Shown here piece by piece: positions 1 through 15,679 of a stretch of DNA of 64,000 nt. Position numbers and translations under genes: made by a program. The number at the start of each line of letters is the position of its first letter. Position 1 is the stretch's first letter. This DNA comes from the human T2T-CHM13v2.0 reference genome, Homo sapiens: assembly GCF_009914755.1 (NCBI RefSeq), contig NC_060932.1; one strand, written 5' to 3'. Below the pieces are notes generated by a model that saw only the letters and a list, made by a program, of their open reading frames with translations, was not told the DNA's origin and did not search any database.

Positions 1-150
1 GTTGTGAAACCATCACCAACATCCACCTGCAGAACTCTTTCATCTTCCCAGACGGAAGCTCTTTGCCCACTCAATGCCAGCTCCCCGCGGCCGCTTGCTA
101 GCCCCTGGCCACCCCCGTGCTGTTCTCGGTCTCTGTGAATCTTACAGACT
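1..150 (-). mobile_element. L1M (L1MB-like) 3' end fragment
   Basis: gttgtgaaaccatcaccaacatccacctgcagaactctttcatcttccc resembles the antisense L1MB 3' terminus. Confidence 0.6.
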
Positions 151-676
151 GGATGGTTTTGCATCCCTGCTCAGCTCCGTTCAGTGGGTCCCCACCACAC
201 CCAGAGAGACTCCCAACACCTGTGCATGTGACTGATTCCTCAGCACTGAGCCCACCACGCTCTTCCCTATCCCAGTGCCTCTCCAGAGCCCACTTCCTGG
301 AAGCGCTCACCCTTTGTTCTGAGCCACACCACACCTCTTATCAACAGGCACCTTCCCTGACCTTCCTTCTGAAGCAGTTCCATCCCAACTCCTGCTTACT
401 CCATTCTCCTCAGTCTCGGTCCCCGCCCATTTCTTCCATAGCGTGTACTGCAATTTGAATTTTTTGATAAGTTCTTCTTTACCTTTTTATCCCCAGCACT
501 TGGTGCAGTGCCTTGTATATAGTAGATGCTCAAAAATGCTTGTTGGATGACTATACTGGCCACTTAAAATGGGGATTGACTATATTCCGTTTAAAACAAT
601 AAATTCTTTATTCTCTGCTTCATACAGCTCTGAATGAGTAACTAGAAGAACATATTTTTTGTGTGTTTAAAAAAAT

Positions 677-805
677 TGTTTTTAATATAGAGATAGGGTC
701 TCACTACATTGTTTAGGCTGGTCTTGAACTCCTGAGTTCAAGCAGTCCTCCCACCTCGGCCTCCCAAAGTGCTGGGATTATAGGTGTGAGCCACCGTGCC
801 CGGCC
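677..805 (-). mobile_element. FLAM-type Alu monomer
   Basis: Single left-arm monomer ending ...gagccaccgtgcccggcc. Confidence 0.85.
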
Positions 806-1397
806 AGAACACATGCTTTTGAAAAGGTTTTCTGAGTCATTATTCAGGTGTATTTAACCATAAAGTATTTTCTTCTTCCCCTTCCTCTAACTAAAGGTTT
901 ACTTTCCTGTACAAAACTTACTTCATTGGTTGAAATAAAAGTGAGAAAACAAGAAGGAAGTAGAATACAAGTATCTGGGCCTGTGGGAAAAACAAAGTGC
1001 AGCTTTGTTTTTCATTCCTTGTGGCATAAAGAACACCAGGAGGAATGAGAAATTATAAATGAAGTATTTGACATTGAAGCCAACGGCAGATGCATTCTGC
1101 TTAATTTGGAGGGAAAAAACCCCACAACTGAACAGGTTTGTCCTCCCCCAGTGTCATGCAGGGCCTCTCGTGGCCTCTCCCTGGGCGCTGAACAGAGCCC
1201 TTTCTCAGCACCTGTTGGCAGAGGTTGATGCTAGAGTTCCCAGGGTGATGGGCTGGCGGATTCTTAACAAAGTCAGGATTTCCAGCTCTTGTTCATTTTC
1301 CACCCAGCGCCCCCAGTGTCTGTAACATCATTATCTGGCAATGTTATATGTTACAGAGCCAACTACTTGCATGATTATTAAAATTACATTTATACTT

Positions 1398-1580
1398 CAG
1401 GTTGAGTATCTCTTATTCAAAATGCTTAGGTCCAGAAGTGCTTCAGATTTGGTTTTGTTTTTTTTTTAATCCTCAGATTTTTGAATATTTGCATTATACT
1501 TACTGATTAACCATTTCAAAAAGTTTTGAATCTTGGAGCAATATGGATTTTGGGTTTTTGGATTAGGTATGTTCAACCTG
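1398..1580. mobile_element. Tigger4/MER46-like non-autonomous DNA transposon
   Basis: Terminal inverted repeats caggttgag... and ...ttcaacctg, followed by TA. Confidence 0.7.
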
Positions 1581-2699
1581 TAGTATTGTCAATGGAACCA
1601 ATGGTGTGCTGAGGTATTTTTGATGCATTACAAGGAGCTGTACGGCTTGATCTTCTTTTCCATTTCCAGACCTTCTACCTCCCCCACCCAGGACCCCCAG
1701 CTTTGGAGTCCACGCCATCAGACTGTGCCAGTCTGACTCACTTCACTGCTGTGGTCCTCGGATCCCCGAACACTCCTCCTTGCTGTGGTCAGCTCCGGCT
1801 GGCTTGCTGTTCCCAGCACAGCCCTGTCATCATTCCATCATTTGTAGCCATCCCCACCTTCAAATGCTGGCTTCTCTGTGTCTTGACTTCCTCCCCTCCA
1901 AGACTCTGTCCTCTCCCCTCGAGCCACTCTGCAGGCTGACCAATTCTGCTGCTCATTGCTTCATTTGATCGTTTCCACTTCAGCCATTGCCTCCCTTCTG
2001 TCCACTCACCCTCCTGCAGCCGCTCCAGCCCCTACAGCCTCAGCCTGTCACCAGCACTTCCCGTCCCTTGAACCTGCCTGTCCCTACCGCCCCTCCGCTC
2101 CTGCTTCTCTTCTCTCCTCCCCTAGCTTGGAGACACTCATTGCCCCTCCCCCATGTCACACGCACCTGGTAAAATGCCAGCCCTATGGAAGTCCGACCCT
2201 TCACCTATTTTGCCCTCATGTCCACACAACAGCTGTGACCTGCACTGAGATGCCTAGCAGCTTTCTGCATTTCCAGTTCAAGAGCACCAGCCTGAGGAGC
2301 CTCATGAACCCCGACATGTGCCCAGTCTGCTCCCTCTCACTGCCTGCTAGAAACAATGCCCCACCTTCCCTTTCTCTGCCCTCAAACCTTCCCCTACTTG
2401 CCTCTCTCTGTGGATTCCCTGCTGTCTCTTTCCCTGAGACAAGAGAAGCTGCCAGCCAAGAGCCCTGACATGCATCAGGTCTTGTGCTCTCTTGCTGTTT
2501 CAAGACACTGTTCTAGAAATTCCGCATTAGCGTTTTCCCTCACTTCTGCACTTCCCATAGGAATCAAAGTAAAGCCTTCACTTTCCCCTACATCCCTCTC
2601 CAGCTACCTCAGCCTCCAGGTGTCTCCTCCCCCTGACAACAGAAGTGTTTTAGGAACTATGCTCAGTTTCCCCCAGTTCTTCCCCACCCGCCCTCTCTT

Positions 2700-3960
2700 G
2701 AACCTCCCACCCCTCGACCCCAGCAGCACAAGTCAGCAGTGACCCTCAGGACACTACATCCAAAGGGCACCCATCTCTCAGCATCTTCCTAGCTGCCCAC
2801 CAGCAGGGTCTGCTATTGTCAGTCTCACTCCCTCATGGCACGTTTTCCTCATTTGGCTTCTGGGACACTGTTCTCTGCTTTTCCTTCCCCCTCACCAGCC
2901 AGCTTCTCATTTGCCCAGTGGTTAAACCTTGCAATGTCCCAGAACTCACTCTTTCAACCTATTTTTTCTCCACACTAAGTCTCCTAAGTGATTCCATTGA
3001 AAGCATTGTATTAATTTCCTGGGGCTGTCAGGGCGCTTAAAACAATAGAAATGTATTTTCCTGCAGTCCTGGAGGCCAGAAGTCTGGAATGAAGGTATAG
3101 GCAGGGCTGTGCTTCCAGGTTCTTGGGAAGATTCCTTCCGTACCTCTTCCAGCTTCTGGCAGCTCCGATGTTCCATTCCATGTCTTGTTGACCGCACTGC
3201 TCCTCTTCCCACCTCTGTCTTCCGGTGGCCTCTGACCTTCCTCTGCCTTCTCTCATAAAGATACCAGTGGTTCTATTTAGGGCCCACCCTAAATCCAGGG
3301 TGAGATTTCATTTTGAGATCCTTAATTAAATCTGGAAAGACTCTATTTCCAAATAAGGCCACATTCTGAGGTTCCGGGTGGTCGTGAGTTTTGGGGGGAC
3401 ATTAGTTAATCCAGCACAGCTGTCTAGACTCCGGCCACTCCGAAGCTTCTAGCTCAGCCCAAACTGCTCCCGTGAGCCCCTGCTGGCTCAGCATCTGCCC
3501 AAAGATGTGTGTTGGGCATGTCAAACTCAATGCACCCCAACTCAGTGCCTATTACCCCCTTTTCCAAAACCTGTGCCAGCAGCCATCTTCTCCCTTTTGT
3601 TGATGGCACCTCTGTCCTTGGAGCTGTCAGATCCCAACACTCAAAGTCATTCTTGACCCTCTTCCTTTTACATTGTATATCCAATTCCTCAGCAAGTCTG
3701 GGGTTCTACCCTCAAAGTAGATTCACCTTCCTAAGTCCTGCACATGGCCACTCTGACCCAACTTGAATACACACTCAAAGTGAGTAATCTAGGAGCTGGC
3801 TCTCTACTCCTGTGCTCAGCTGTGGCTTCCCCCAGCCCAGTGGTCACACAGCAGTCAGAGCAATGCTTTGAGGCATAAATCAGATAACCCCCTCACTCTC
3901 AGCCCTCCAGTTCTTCTTGGCTTCACTCGGAATGCAGGGGGAAGCCCCCATAAGGCCATT
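2700..3960 (+). mobile_element. Degenerate L2 LINE fragments, split by an MLT1 LTR
   Basis: Pyrimidine-rich L2-like segments (ggcttctgggacactgttctctgc..., ggcatgtcaaactcaa..., cagcagtcagagcaatgcttt). Confidence 0.5.
3007..3418 (-). mobile_element. MLT1C/D-like MaLR solo LTR
   Basis: tgtattaatttcctggggctg...ggaggccagaagtc...ctatttccaaataaggccacattctgagg...aca. Confidence 0.8.
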
Positions 3961-5034
3961 TGCCTGCAGTGTGTGTCAGTCATGATGTAGATTTGCTTTC
4001 AGAAGTTACTCCTTTTCATACATTTTTTATTGTCTTATTTGTTTGGAAATCTATGTTTCAGGGTTTCATGTGCTTATCATTAAATTCACCTTGGATTCTT
4101 GTTTAAAATCTGCAGGTGTCTAGGTAGGTCCCTCTCACTGTTAGCAGTCATTAAGGACTAGGGCCCTGAATAAGCCGCAGGGGTCCTGTGGGCTTCAATA
4201 GTCGGGAAACACTGCCATTGAGAAGTTGCTGAACCGAGCAAGTGATCCTTTTTCTAGGTCACGCATCTTGCAAGGGAATGCTGCTTTTCCCCATTAGAAA
4301 GCTGCACTGCTGGGGAGGAACTGTACTTCTCTCACTGCTCTAAGTGAGTGAAACCCAGTAATTGTTTGCTGAAATCACTAGGCATGGACAAATCCTACCT
4401 GGTGAGCAAAATGCTTGACCTTGCTTCTTCCTCAGCTTCGGCCCTTGCAGCCACACCCACCTGCTCTTGCCCCCACATCCTTAGGTAAAGGAAAATGCAG
4501 GAGCAGCCACAGAGAGCAGACGTCACAGGCTTCCCTCGCAAGCACATGGTATTTTGAAAACGCACTTCAAAGGGGTTGAAATATAAATAAAGAGGATAGC
4601 AAATCTGTTTCAGGTATATTTGGAATTTGTTAGATCTTGTTACAGATTTCCTTTAAGTTTGTCACAGGACAAATAAGTCAGGGATTGTTTTCGGAGCCCA
4701 GGCGCTGTCTTTATACAGGAATTCTTTTCAGAATAACACACATCAAGTTCTTTAAGGTATTTTGTCTTAGTTGAAATATAGCACAGCTGCCTGCTATGTA
4801 TTTTCTTCTTCTCAGCTATCTGACATGGTGTATATTCATGTGCTGGATTATTATTTTCTGTCTTCCCCCATCAAAGAGTAAACTCTGCAGGCAAGGACTG
4901 TTTAGTGGACCTGCAACTGGGTGGGGCTTGTGGCATACAGGCAGGACTGTGTGTGGTTGGATGGAAGGGGGAATGTCAGTTCTCGTAAGCTAATGGAGAT
5001 ACCTTGACCTTCAGTCTTTTAATATACTAAGGGT

Positions 5035-5324
<290 letters not shown>

Positions 5325-5845
5325 TCCACCAGAATCCCCCCCCCCCAAAAAAAAACGCTACCTTATGTATATGCTAAAGGAGTAGTCATGGCATGGCATC
5401 CTAGTGACATTACAAATAGCAGCCATATCCCTTTACATTCCTGCCAGCAGTGTGTGAGATTTCCAGTTTCTCCACATCCTCACTAACACTTGTTATTTTC
5501 TGGGTTTTGATAATATCTATCTTCGGGGTAGTACAGTGAGTTTTGAAATATCTATCCCAAAGACATAGTTCAGTGAGTTTTTGCAAGAGAAAGTAAATGG
5601 GTATTCATTGACAAACTTTTCTTCCTGTTTTCTAAAGAAGGTAATTCTGTTTCGTGGACACTTAATGATTTAAATATGGGTATTTGGTGAAGCTGTCATT
5701 TTGAAAATCATCTCTCCCTAAGGCATTGTGGGTCCTTGCATGCTGACAGATTGACTAGATTTTGAGCAGTCACAGAAATCTCCACCAGCCCTAAGCTTGG
5801 ATATGCCAAACACTGCCTCATCTTTGAGCTATGAAGGTAGTCTAA

Positions 5846-6167
<322 letters not shown>

Positions 6168-6283
6168 TAAGTTGACCATTTTTTAAATTATCTGACTTTC
6201 TTATTTCTTTTTGCCTCTTTTTTTTCCACTGCCAACTTGGTGAGCATTGTATTTTTAGAATAGAATAAAAAGAATCTTTTCTT

Positions 6284-6903
<620 letters not shown>

Positions 6904-6904
6904 T

Positions 6905-7105
6905 GAATGCTTAAGAGCACAGACTCTTAAGCCTGGACCAGCCAGACTCAGGTTGGAATCCTGGCCTTTCTAGGGAAATTGTAACCTCTCCAAGACTCAG
7001 CTTCGTCCTCGTTACTATGAATATAACCTACTTTATGGGCTTATTTTAACGACTAACATGCCTAGCACAGTGCCTGGGCAAGTAGTAGCTAATACATGGT
7101 AGCAA
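6905..7105 (+). mobile_element. MIR SINE
   Basis: ttaagagcacagactct...ttggaatcctggc...aacctctc...gcacagtgcctgg. Confidence 0.6.
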
Positions 7106-7441
7106 TCATCATCATCATCAAAGTATAGATTTCACTATTTCTTAGCAGTTATACTTGGAAAAGGAGATTATTATGATAACCAAATAAAGCTAAAATAAAA
7201 TTTCCAAGAAATTTTGATCCCAAAAAAGTAGAGTACAAACAAGAATGCATGAGCTCTCTGTTCCATCCCTTTCCTCCATCCAAATTATGGATTGGAGATT
7301 AGAGGAATCTAGTGTTGGGGAATCAATGAATATTAACAAGTAGAAAAGTGTTTCTGTGACAACTGTTGAGAGGTATAAAACAAATGCTGTCATATTTGCA
7401 GTACAGACAAGTTGAGTTCTTAAACTTTTTGCAAACTCCCT

Positions 7442-7442
<1 letters not shown>

Positions 7443-7486
<44 letters not shown>
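7443..7486 (+). repeat. (GT)22 microsatellite
   Basis: Perfect dinucleotide run read directly. Confidence 0.97.
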
Positions 7487-7488
<2 letters not shown>

Positions 7489-8550
7489 ACATCCTATTTT
7501 TTTGTTGTTATCATTAAATGGTCTTTTTAGGTCAGTTTGGGATTGACTCCAGGGGCTTCCTGTTATAAAAAAATCCTTTAGAGAGACTGTAGGTTTTACT
7601 CAATTTCTACTTATTTTTCAGTTCCAACTTATTAATATTGTTATTTTATAGGCATCCTAGGGCTTTTGAACATCATTAATTATGTGAATTCTTCTTTTTC
7701 TCAAGCATAGGAAGACAATACATCCTTAGAGAGTAAGGTAAACAGTGTCTACTAAAACAGGTAAAGCACCAGGAAAATCAGATCTTCATTTTTCCTACTT
7801 TTTGACAGGTTTCTCATTTAATTTTTCTCACTGCTTGTCTAGATGACAAATGTTTTCCAAGCAGCCAATTCTAAGACAGGTTGCGTTTTCAGTTCCAGTT
7901 TCTCATTTAGGCTGGAATTTCCTGGGGTAGTTTTTAGCTTTGCTTGAGAGATCACATTCAGCCCCTCAGTGAGGTTCCTTTGATCCCTTTTTTCCCTCAG
8001 TCATCTGACAGAAATGGGGGTTCTTCTCATTAAAGTGAAAAAAAAAAACCCAAAAAACAAAAAACTCACCGAGCAAGATAGCCTTGCTTGTCTTTGCCAA
8101 TTTCTCAAAAAGCGATAGTAATTAGGATGAACAGAAGAGCACTAAAGCAAGATTTCCAGAGTGAGGTCATCCACAGAACACTTCATTATTTGTCCAAAGC
8201 ATTGCTCATGTTCTCTGGTGGTAGCAGCCGGGTATGTGTGCTGAGCAAACAGTCCACAGGGCACATGCCCAGCAAGGCTGGTGATGGCTCAGAGCCTGCG
8301 CCTCGGGTGGGAGAGAGCTTGCTGGAAGCCGGTTTCACCGTGTGGGATGCTGGGGTTGACAGACTTCTCACTGGGCCTTTGAGAAAAGCGGGAAAGATGA
8401 ATGACCTGGATGGTCATCACTAGGAAGCTACTAAGCAGGGGCATTATTTGAGCTCTGCTTGGATTTGTAAAACATAATTGAGATTGTGCTCTCTATCAAA
8501 CCCGCATAAAAGAAGTCCATCTGATATATTACCTAGGGCCTTGGTGGTTA

Positions 8551-8560
8551 GGAATTTCCC
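8551..8560 (-). promoter_or_regulatory. Candidate NF-kB site GGGAAATTCC
   Basis: Exact match to the IFNB1 PRDII kappaB decamer, in unique intronic DNA near RUNX motifs. Motif match only. Confidence 0.35.
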
Positions 8561-8824
8561 ATCTCTGGTGTGGTCATAGGCAACCCACTTCTCAGTGGGT
8601 GTGTTTGATGACACAAAACCGCAGTGCCTCATGAGGGAGAGCCCGGTTGCCTTTCCTCGAGAAGGTCCAGGCAGGTGCATTTGGATAGGGCTTGCTGAGC
8701 CTACTCACATGGACACTCCCCATTCAGGAAATAGCAACTTGGACTTTCTACTTTAACATTGTTAGAGGAGAGGGAATTTAAATGAGTGCATTCCACTCAA
8801 ATGTTTCTAAAACTTTGGTCTCAT

Positions 8825-10039
<1,215 letters not shown>

Positions 10040-11875
10040 TATTTTAAACCTCATACCCTGGGGAAAAAGTTATTTGCAAAGTAAATAGGACTCTAAATTT
10101 TGTATTCTGTCCCCACTCTGCCCAGCTTAAGTGTGTGCCTATTTAAGGGTGTCTGTGTGTGTGAAATCATACTAGAGATGTGAATATACCAACAAATAGA
10201 GACACGCCAGCAGTACTACCACGTCAACTTAAGCAGCTGTGTCCATAGTGGCCTCTGAGATGCTGCTCGGGGTCTGAGGTCTATCCCTGATCCCACTCTG
10301 CCACCAGCCCTGACAGCTGGGTTGCCTCCACCTGGAGGAAGTGGCACCTTTTCTCACCTGCTGTGGCCCCAAGGGTATCTTTGTTGAAGGGTTGACACTT
10401 CCTGTTTCACACCAGCAGTGGGGGAGAAAGTCCTGCCCCTTTGGGGTCAGAACGTTGGGTAAGACCTTACTTCTCTCTTTCTCTGGTCCACTTGTGCCTC
10501 TAGCTGCCTCAAAGCCCTGACTTATGGAAGGCATCTGTTCAGCTGACTGGCAGTGGAGGAAGAGGCAGACACTTGGTGACTAACTCCTTTTCTTCTCATT
10601 GTATATTACAAAGGCCACTCTAGAAGACTGGAAGTCTATCTATCCAGCCAAACAAGATAAGCCTGCCCATTAACTCAGGAAGCATTATTATTAATATGTT
10701 CTGTGCACCTAGACTTTTCATTGTGTACAAGATGCCAAGAGTTTCACCAGAACCCCCCACCCCCAGGATTTGCTCTCTGACCCAGTAGTTCTGTGCCTCC
10801 TCCCAGGACAGCAGTGGGCTCAGCATGGTCTTCTTTGTCATCGGCTTCAGGCACAGGCGTTTTCAGGAAACAATCACCTTGCTCCACACTCAGAGTTTTG
10901 GTCATGGTGCACCCCCACAGGCTCCCTTGTCCCTGTGCTCAGTAAACCGCTTTTTAAAAACGAAAATGAAAAACACAGAAACAGCACAGGTAGAAAATAC
11001 CATCATATGTTTTCACTGAAGGCAAAAAAAGAAACTAAAAAATGTGCATTGGCCATGCTATTTGAATCAAAGAGCACAAGAAGCATCAGCACATCTCAGC
11101 TTAAGTCAAGAGTATGGAAACCTCACTGACATCGTCTCTTTACGTGATTAGTCTCATTTTTGGTAATAGGGATGCTTTTTATTTCAGATTTCCAGTAGCT
11201 TCACACATCAACTTTCTGAGACAGAGTTAGACATCAGCACTGGGTGAAAGAGACAGTTTAAATTAGTTCTTTGGTGTCGGCAGGTGGTTTAGAAAGTTGG
11301 GGTTTTCTTGTCTTTGTTCACACCTGGGCCTGACATTATAATGAAGAGAATCACATGGCCTAAGATGAAGAGAATCTCCTCATTTGGTTTAGAACCAAAA
11401 GATTTTATCGGTTTCCCAAGCTCTGTGAGTAATGTCTCTGGGCCCAGAGCCGTGATAGAGAGGGAGAGGAGCTGAGGCCTGACCCTGTATCCCCTGCCTC
11501 CAAGCCATGAGGCCCACAGGGTCCTGACCTAAGTTGCAGGAAAAACAAGCTCAAGCCATGTGTTCCAAACAGTTGATGGGCTAGGAATTCTTCCAAGGTG
11601 TTTGGAGAACCTTCCTCACCTGCCCTTTCCCTCACCCCAGCTCCATATGGAGCCTCCTCCTCCCTGCCTGGGCTCCTTATGCTGGCCCTGCACATCTTAC
11701 TCCTTCTTTTGTTAAGCTGAGTTGCATCCGGACTTCCTCCCCAACCATTATGATGGTAACAGTCCACCTGTGAGGTTGCTCAAAGGCAACGTGTTGAGAC
11801 TAAGATTTTGTTGCAATCCTAAAATAGCTTAAGCTTTCAAGCCTATGATCTAGTGCTCTGCTTCTCAAACTCTAA

Positions 11876-12145
11876 GCTCTGGAGGCTGGGAAGTCCAAGA
11901 TCAAGGCGCCAGTAGATACAGTGCCTGGCGAGGTACTTCTTTCTGTGTCCTCACATGGAAGAAGGTGGAAGGGCAAAAAAAGGGTCAAACTCTCTGTGAA
12001 GCCTATTTTATAAGGGCCTTAATCCAATTCATGAGGGAGGATCTCTCATGACCCAATCACCTCCTAAAGGCCCCCCCTCTTAATACGATTGCATTGGAGA
12101 TTAAGTTTCAACATGAATTTGGAGGGACACATTCAGACCATAGCA
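11876..12145 (-). mobile_element. MST/MLT1A-like MaLR LTR (partial)
   Basis: ggaggctgggaagtccaagatcaagg...aatcacctcctaaaggcc...cattcagaccatagca. Confidence 0.75.
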
Positions 12146-12390
12146 TCATGCATTTGCAGTGGGGGTAAGATTGCCCCCAAGGGAGCAAAAATTGATCCCT
12201 TAGGGGTGATAAAAATCTTAGATATTACAATAGTTTGTGGCCCTCCAAAGTTCATACCTACCTAATACAACCTTCTTTCCTCATGTTTAATTTCTCCTGT
12301 TAAGGATGCCTTAACTTTAAATTTTAATTTTAATTCAGTAATTCTTCCTGGAGGAATAATAATGAAAAAAAAGTTTGAGAAACAATGTTC
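12146..12390. mobile_element. hAT-Charlie MER (MER112-like) fragment
   Basis: attgcccccaaggg...aaaaatcttagatattacaatagtttgtggccctccaaag...tttgagaaaca terminus. Confidence 0.5.
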
Positions 12391-12649
12391 TAGACAGAGA
12401 CAACCTAAACAAAGTTTTGCATGTACTTCCTGAAATGGGAACCAGAACTTGGCCTGGGGAGAGCTTGTGATTCCCTTTCTGAGGGGTGAAATTTGTACTT
12501 AACAACAATGAGAGGAAACCTCAGAAGTCTCTTTTTATCTTCTCAGAGAAGAAGTACTCTCTCAATGAAATCTTTGGGTTCCAGAAGCATTTAGTTATGA
12601 GTACTGAGCTCTCTTGGTACTGAGCTCTCTTGTGGGTCTGACATTCTGG

Positions 12650-12900
12650 AGTGTGGTGTTAGAATCGTGGACTTTGAGGTCAGACATGCCTGGTGTAAAT
12701 GGGAGCATTCCCCTTCACTCTGCAGCTTTCAACTGGTTCTTTAATTTCTCAAAGCCTCATTTGCATCTGTACAATGGAAGTAAAACCTACCTGGTCAATT
12801 TGCTATTAAGATGAAACATGAATTGAGTGTAAAGGATGTGAAGCAGTGTTTGGTGTATAGTAGGTGTTCAATTAGTGGTGGGGAAATGGTGGTTATTAAT
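12650..12900 (+). mobile_element. MIR SINE
   Basis: aatttctcaaagcctcatttgcatctgtacaatgg core. Confidence 0.6.
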
Positions 12901-15679
12901 ATCCATCTACCTACCCACCTACCTATCATCATCATCTTAGTAAAATGTCTGTGGGCACAAAACAACACAACAATCTTCTGAATCAAACACATCCTCTTCT
13001 CATCAAGCTTGACCAACTCCATGTAACTCCCACAGAAGTCAAGCTTTCCAAGCTGCTGGAACAATAGGAAGTGGGAGTCCCTGGGGACAGCTGAGCCTTG
13101 GTTTATGTATTTATGTGACAGCTCTTTCTGTAGTGCTGAACGCTACATGGCCCTGGAAGAGGAAGAAGGTATTCCATGAAAAGTTGACCCTACATTCAAT
13201 CAGCCAAAGGAGTCTCTGATTTCTTCCTGCTGTTTGAAATAGAGCTGGATTTACTTAGCTGTAGTAAATAGACCACCTTCAACAACAACAAATTAAGGTT
13301 TTAAAAAAAATAAACCAAGAAAGAACAATACACAAAGACCAGGGAAAGAATAAAGAGAATGAATTAATTTTATATAAAGGGAGAGGTGTGATATTTATCA
13401 TCTGAAAAGCAAGTCATATCTGAGAGCTTTTATTTTGCTCCCATATTCATTATTTATTCAACTTGGCTAATGCTGTTGTTTCTAATCCTGTCTTGGTGAA
13501 CGCTTTAATTACTGTTTGGAATCTGAGCTCCTTAAAGCACTCTGGCATGGAAAAGAAGGCCAAAATACACTAGGCTTGTTGCAAGTCTGTTATTATTTCT
13601 GAGAATCATTTTTTTAAATGCACTCAGATTTATGCAAATGCGGGATGTGGGTAGGTGTGACAAATGCCTTACTAACAAGTCCCTGGAGTGCTTTTTGTAA
13701 TGAGTTGATCATCACGTGTGTCCTTGCTGCTGTGTGGGAGGCTGGGTCCCTGCCATCACGCCCACCTGTGTGGCCGATCAACAGCGTTGGGAGAGGGGCA
13801 GCACAGGTTCCTGGTTGCTATTGTCAACTGCGGTTTCAGGCCCAATTTGGGACTTCAGCCAGCTTTGGCTTCTTTGGGTTCTTGGCCCAGTTTATATATA
13901 ATTATTGGAATGTTAGGTAGATAAGTGTCTAAGAGCTAAGAATTTTTAAAGGCTGCACTACCATGGAGTGGAGCCGGGAGGCTGGGACAGAGTCAGCTAT
14001 GACCGCTCAATTGCTGCTGTCTCATCTGGGCTCCTGTAACCAACTCTGGTCTGTTTGAGCCAGGCATCGTGGTTCTATCGCCAAAAGCCTACTGTGTTAT
14101 AATCGTACACTCCTTTCTTTCACACATGCTCAGCCTGATCTTCGCTCTCCACTTTTCCCAGTTTTACTGGCTTTTTCTAACAAGTCTTGTTGAACTTGGG
14201 TTACCAGCAGACAAAAGGAAACAGAGGCAGGGCTCCTCTCTCCCAGCCGCCACCAAAATTGCCACCCCGTGTCATCTGTTTCAGTAGTGCCCACTCTAGA
14301 AGGAGCTATCCTGAACTTCCTGACGCCCTCACCGTGCCACTGCCTGCTGTTTCTGGGCAGCAGAGGCTTCCTAGAGAAAGTCAGACTCAGGAGCTCTGCC
14401 TTCACCTGGTTATCACCACTGCCCACCTTCTGTTGACTTCCCATCAAGGCTGTTTGAATCTTTTCCAGGGTCAGGTAAAAGCTGTGCATCTCCCCAGTGC
14501 TCAGGGTTTGTGACAGTTGGGAGAAAGGCAGGGGACACGAAGTCACTGCTCTCCAAACCTGCCCTGTCCTTTTCCTACTGTCCGTCTGGTTTCTGCTCCA
14601 CTCAGCCTCTGTCCCACTTCTCAAGTCCCTCATGAAATGAAGCCTCCTGCTGTGCTTAGTGCTGTGCTGTGCTCAGTGCTGGGATGGGTTCATGTTCCTG
14701 CAGAAATTGTGGACAGGTAGTCAGGTGAGGAGCAGGGAGCACTGGGGATGCATGCACACCTGGCAGGAGAGGGTATGCCAGGCATGGCTTCCGGGAGAAG
14801 TAAAATCTCAGCTGAGACAGGCAAACTGCATAGGTCGGGTGAAAGGGGCAGGGAGGGAATGAGCGTTCCACACAGAGGCAGGGGGTGTAGAAGCACAAAG
14901 GAGGGGGTCGTGGTGAGGAGGTGGAGGGCTGAGCCGGGGCCGGGTCATACGGGGCCTTGGCAGCAGTGCAAAGGAGCTTGGACCACATTCTTTGTTTCCA
15001 CTCGGAAGTGAAATACTGGACTGAATAGTCTTTGAGACTGATGTAGGCCACACTGATTATTTTACTTGAGATTTTTGTGACCATGAGAATATCATCTGCC
15101 AAATCCCTGTAGTAGTGGGCTAACAAGATAGTATTCTGGTCATGTGAAAACCCCAGCCCATTTCCCAAAGGACTTACTTTGTCTCTGATAAGAGGTTTGG
15201 TGACAAGTTTGAAGGCTCCAATGTATACAAGTGAGAATAGAAAAGATATTTTCAGCCCTAGAGGTGTTTATCAACTGGCTAACATGACACCACTGAGAGC
15301 ATTAAACAGCATAAAAATAATGACAAAGCTGTGATCAGCAGCTGCAGATGGTTTTTGTACACATTGACCATCTAGGGTGAGTAAAGGGGAGTTCAGGGAA
15401 GGCCCACGGGGCAGAAGGTGAGGCCAGGGATTGGCCTAGAGGGGAAGCAAAGGCAGACCCAATACCAAGGAGCTAATCTTTTGCTAAGCAACGTGGTCTG
15501 GAACTGGCGGCCTGAAGTGCTTGATTACCAGGGATACTGTTGCAGATGACTGGGGAAAGTCAGATCCTCCAAGCCGAGCCACCTGCAATTCAAGGTAGAA
15601 TCTGGCAGAATACATTCATTCCTGTGTGAAAAATTCGAATCAGAGTTTTCTCTAACTGCTTACCAGATAAACTACTACT

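Noticed and set aside
1703-2742. Overlapping 62-170 aa ORFs rich in Pro/Ser/Leu
   Set aside because: C/T-rich degenerate (probably L2-derived) DNA is poor in stop codons; no recognisable domain.
14130-15168. 167-aa and 170-aa minus-strand ORFs
   Set aside because: No recognisable homology, partly over antisense L2-like sequence, and overlapping ORFs in several frames suggest chance.
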